From Pseudomonadota bacterium (GTDB lineage Bacteria > Bdellovibrionota_B > Oligoflexia > Oligoflexales > CAIYRB01): a stretch of 15,518 nt of DNA. The position numbers and the translations under genes were made by a program. Location: the NCBI GenBank assembly GCA_031416315.1, contig JANOTL010000081.1:1-15518 (forward strand), in the 5' to 3' direction. Shown piece after piece: positions 14,018 through 15,518 of the stretch. The notes under the pieces are model-generated. The model saw nothing but the letters and a program-made list of their open reading frames with translations. It was not told the DNA's origin and made no database searches. Each line of letters opens with the position of its first letter. The first letter of the stretch is position 1.

Positions 14018-14251
14018 ATGCCCGGACACCCCGGTCCATTCGCGTTCTTTGAAAACCTTCGTACTTTAGAAAAGCCGGACGCCGTCGCGTCAGCCCTCGG
14101 GATCTCGATTAAGACGATCTACGACTGGCGCTACCGCAGCCGGCAGAGAAAGGTCCCCGCCGGTCTGTTCGTCACCTTCAATCGACGACTCTTCCTCAGA
14201 ACCGACATCCTGCAAGAATGGATCGCCTCACAGAACCCTTCAGCGCGCTGA
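14018..14251 (+). CDS. Excisionase / recombination directionality factor-like HTH protein (HTH_17/AlpA-like)
   Basis: 77 aa; KPDAVASALGISIKTIYDWRY...RRLFLRTDILQEWI winged-helix pattern; lies immediately upstream of the integrase. Confidence 0.82.
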   Translation: MPGHPGPFAFFENLRTLEKPDAVASALGISIKTIYDWRYRSRQRKVPAGLFVTFNRRLFLRTDILQEWIASQNPSAR

Positions 14252-14267
14252 AGGAATGGAGGCATCG

Positions 14268-15431
14268 ATGTCGATCAAGAGAGTTAAGCAGACCAGCGGA
14301 GAAGTGAAATGGGAAGTGCGACTACGAATGGGTGGTCGCGGATCTAAGCGTCTCAGGCGGATCTTCGAAAAGCGAACCGATGCAGAGGCGTTCCTCGATT
14401 CGATCCGGGTGCGCAAGCACGAGTCGAAGTCGGCCGCCAACGGAGTGCCCGATTTCGAGGAAACGACGTTTCGCAAGGAGGCGGAGTTTTGGCTCAGCCA
14501 TAGAAGTCAGGTCTTGAGTCCAGGGTCGCTGGTCGCGGTAAACACCATCCTGCGAGGTTGCCTCGAGAAGTTTGGGCACATGGCGCCCAATAGGCTGCAT
14601 CCTGGTTTCTTGGCAGACCTTCAGGCGGCCGAGCTCAGCAGAGGGCTCAAGGCTGCGACCGTGAACCGAAGGCTCGAGGTCATCTCGTCGATCCTGAACT
14701 TCTCGGTGCGTAGCCGCCGCATTCCGTTCAACCCGGCATCTGGTCTTCAGAAGCTTAAAGAGGTCCGGGAAGGAATCTCGTTCTGGGAGAAGTGGGAAGC
14801 AGAGGCCTTCCTAGCCTTCACTAGCGAGAAGTATCCTCCCGGAAGCGACAAGCGCTGGGTCTACGTGGTTTACCTCCTGGCATTGAACACCGGAATGCGC
14901 TGCGGAGAGCTCTGGGGACTTCAGCCCCGCGACTTGGTGCAGGACGGGGAGATGATCCACGTCCAACGCCAGTTCGATCGGGTGTCGCGCACCTACCGGC
15001 CGCCGAAGAGCACGAAGTCACGCTACGTGCCGTGCAATCCCGAGCTTCGCAGTGAGCTCGAGGCGATCATCCGGCAGCGAAAGGTCGCACTGATGGAGCC
15101 GATTTTTTTCCACAAGGTCGGAATTCCGCTTTGGCACGAGGCGTTCAGGACCAAGTACTTCGAGCGGGACATGAAGGAGGCCTCGGTCCGCAGGATCCGC
15201 TTCCACGATATGCGGCACACGGCCGCGACCCTCATACTGGCAGGGAAGACGGACATCAAGACGGTCCAGGCGATCTGCGGACATCAGCAGATCAACACGA
15301 CCCTCCTTTACGTCCATCTCCTCGGCGACAGCATCAAAGAGGTCGCCCGGAGCTGGGCGCTATCCCCTGGCGGCGGCAAGAAGGACGACGGAGGAAAGAC
15401 CGGCCGCCTGCGCCTCATCTCGACGACCTAA
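14268..15431 (+). CDS. int: Phage-type tyrosine integrase, apparently intact
   Basis: N-terminal arm-binding domain (KWEVRLR...RRIFEKRTDAEAF), TGMRCGEL, PPKS, RFHDMRH, CGH and TTLLY catalytic set. GGAGG RBS before ATG 14268; in-frame ATG at 14256 is an alternative. Confidence 0.95.
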   Translation: MSIKRVKQTSGEVKWEVRLRMGGRGSKRLRRIFEKRTDAEAFLDSIRVRKHESKSAANGVPDFEETTFRKEAEFWLSHRSQVLSPGSLVAVNTILRGCLEKFGHMAPNRLHPGFLADLQAAELSRGLKAATVNRRLEVISSILNFSVRSRRIPFNPASGLQKLKEVREGISFWEKWEAEAFLAFTSEKYPPGSDKRWVYVVYLLALNTGMRCGELWGLQPRDLVQDGEMIHVQRQFDRVSRTYRPPKSTKSRYVPCNPELRSELEAIIRQRKVALMEPIFFHKVGIPLWHEAFRTKYFERDMKEASVRRIRFHDMRHTAATLILAGKTDIKTVQAICGHQQINTTLLYVHLLGDSIKEVARSWALSPGGGKKDDGGKTGRLRLISTT

Positions 15432-15513
15432 CGGTAAGCGCACGGCCTCGCCCACCTAGGCATCGCGACGTTGCTCCGCTACGTTCCGCGCCTCTCAACG
15501 AAGGAGGCACTGA

Positions 15514-15518
15514 ATGGC
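15514..15518 (+). CDS. Start of a gene truncated by the window edge; product unknown
   Basis: AAGGAGG at 15501-15507 followed by ATG at 15514. Confidence 0.45.

Larger units (their letters stand above)
137..15518. mobile_element. Genomic island or tandem islands integrated at tRNA-Met; right boundary not in the window
   Basis: tRNA 3' fragment at 137-181 with IHF-like and arm-like sites, two tyrosine recombinases, an excisionase-like gene and three toxin-antitoxin modules. A new gene starts at 15514, so the element probably continues past the window. Confidence 0.8.

Noticed and set aside
13465..14069. Small ORFs between hipB and the excisionase-like gene
   Set aside because: Pro/Arg/Ser-rich translations overlapping repeat and regulatory sequence, with no supporting RBS or domain.
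9476..15486. Recurrent ACGTTC(GCG)-like motif at about 9479, 13485, 13766 and 15481
   Set aside because: All copies are intergenic, but they are only 6-11 bp with no consistent spacing; chance cannot be excluded by eye.

Overview
The window is almost entirely accessory DNA, a tRNA-Met-anchored genomic island or a tandem of islands. At the left is a 45-bp 3' fragment of initiator tRNA-Met (minus strand, 137-181, an att site). It is bracketed by two inverted IHF-consensus sites and by phased short repeats on both sides. The cargo is all on the minus strand. Reading left to right it is: an AbiEii/AbiEi type IV toxin-antitoxin pair; a DUF790 (Bax1-like) nuclease plus an XPB/Rad25-like SF2 helicase; an operon of three exported CxxC thioredoxin-fold proteins, the first fused to a probable outer-membrane beta-barrel that ends in CxxxxC; a PIN toxin with an excisionase-type HTH antitoxin; a tyrosine recombinase with a non-canonical KxxR motif; and hipBA with three palindromic operators spaced exactly 50 bp apart. 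A second att-like region (about 13490-13990) precedes a plus-strand excisionase-like gene and an intact-looking integrase, and another gene starts at the right edge. The best candidates for undescribed biology are the triple-thioredoxin/beta-barrel operon and the XPB-DUF790 pair next to AbiE in a toxin-antitoxin-rich island. Family assignments come from motifs read by eye; no database searches were run.
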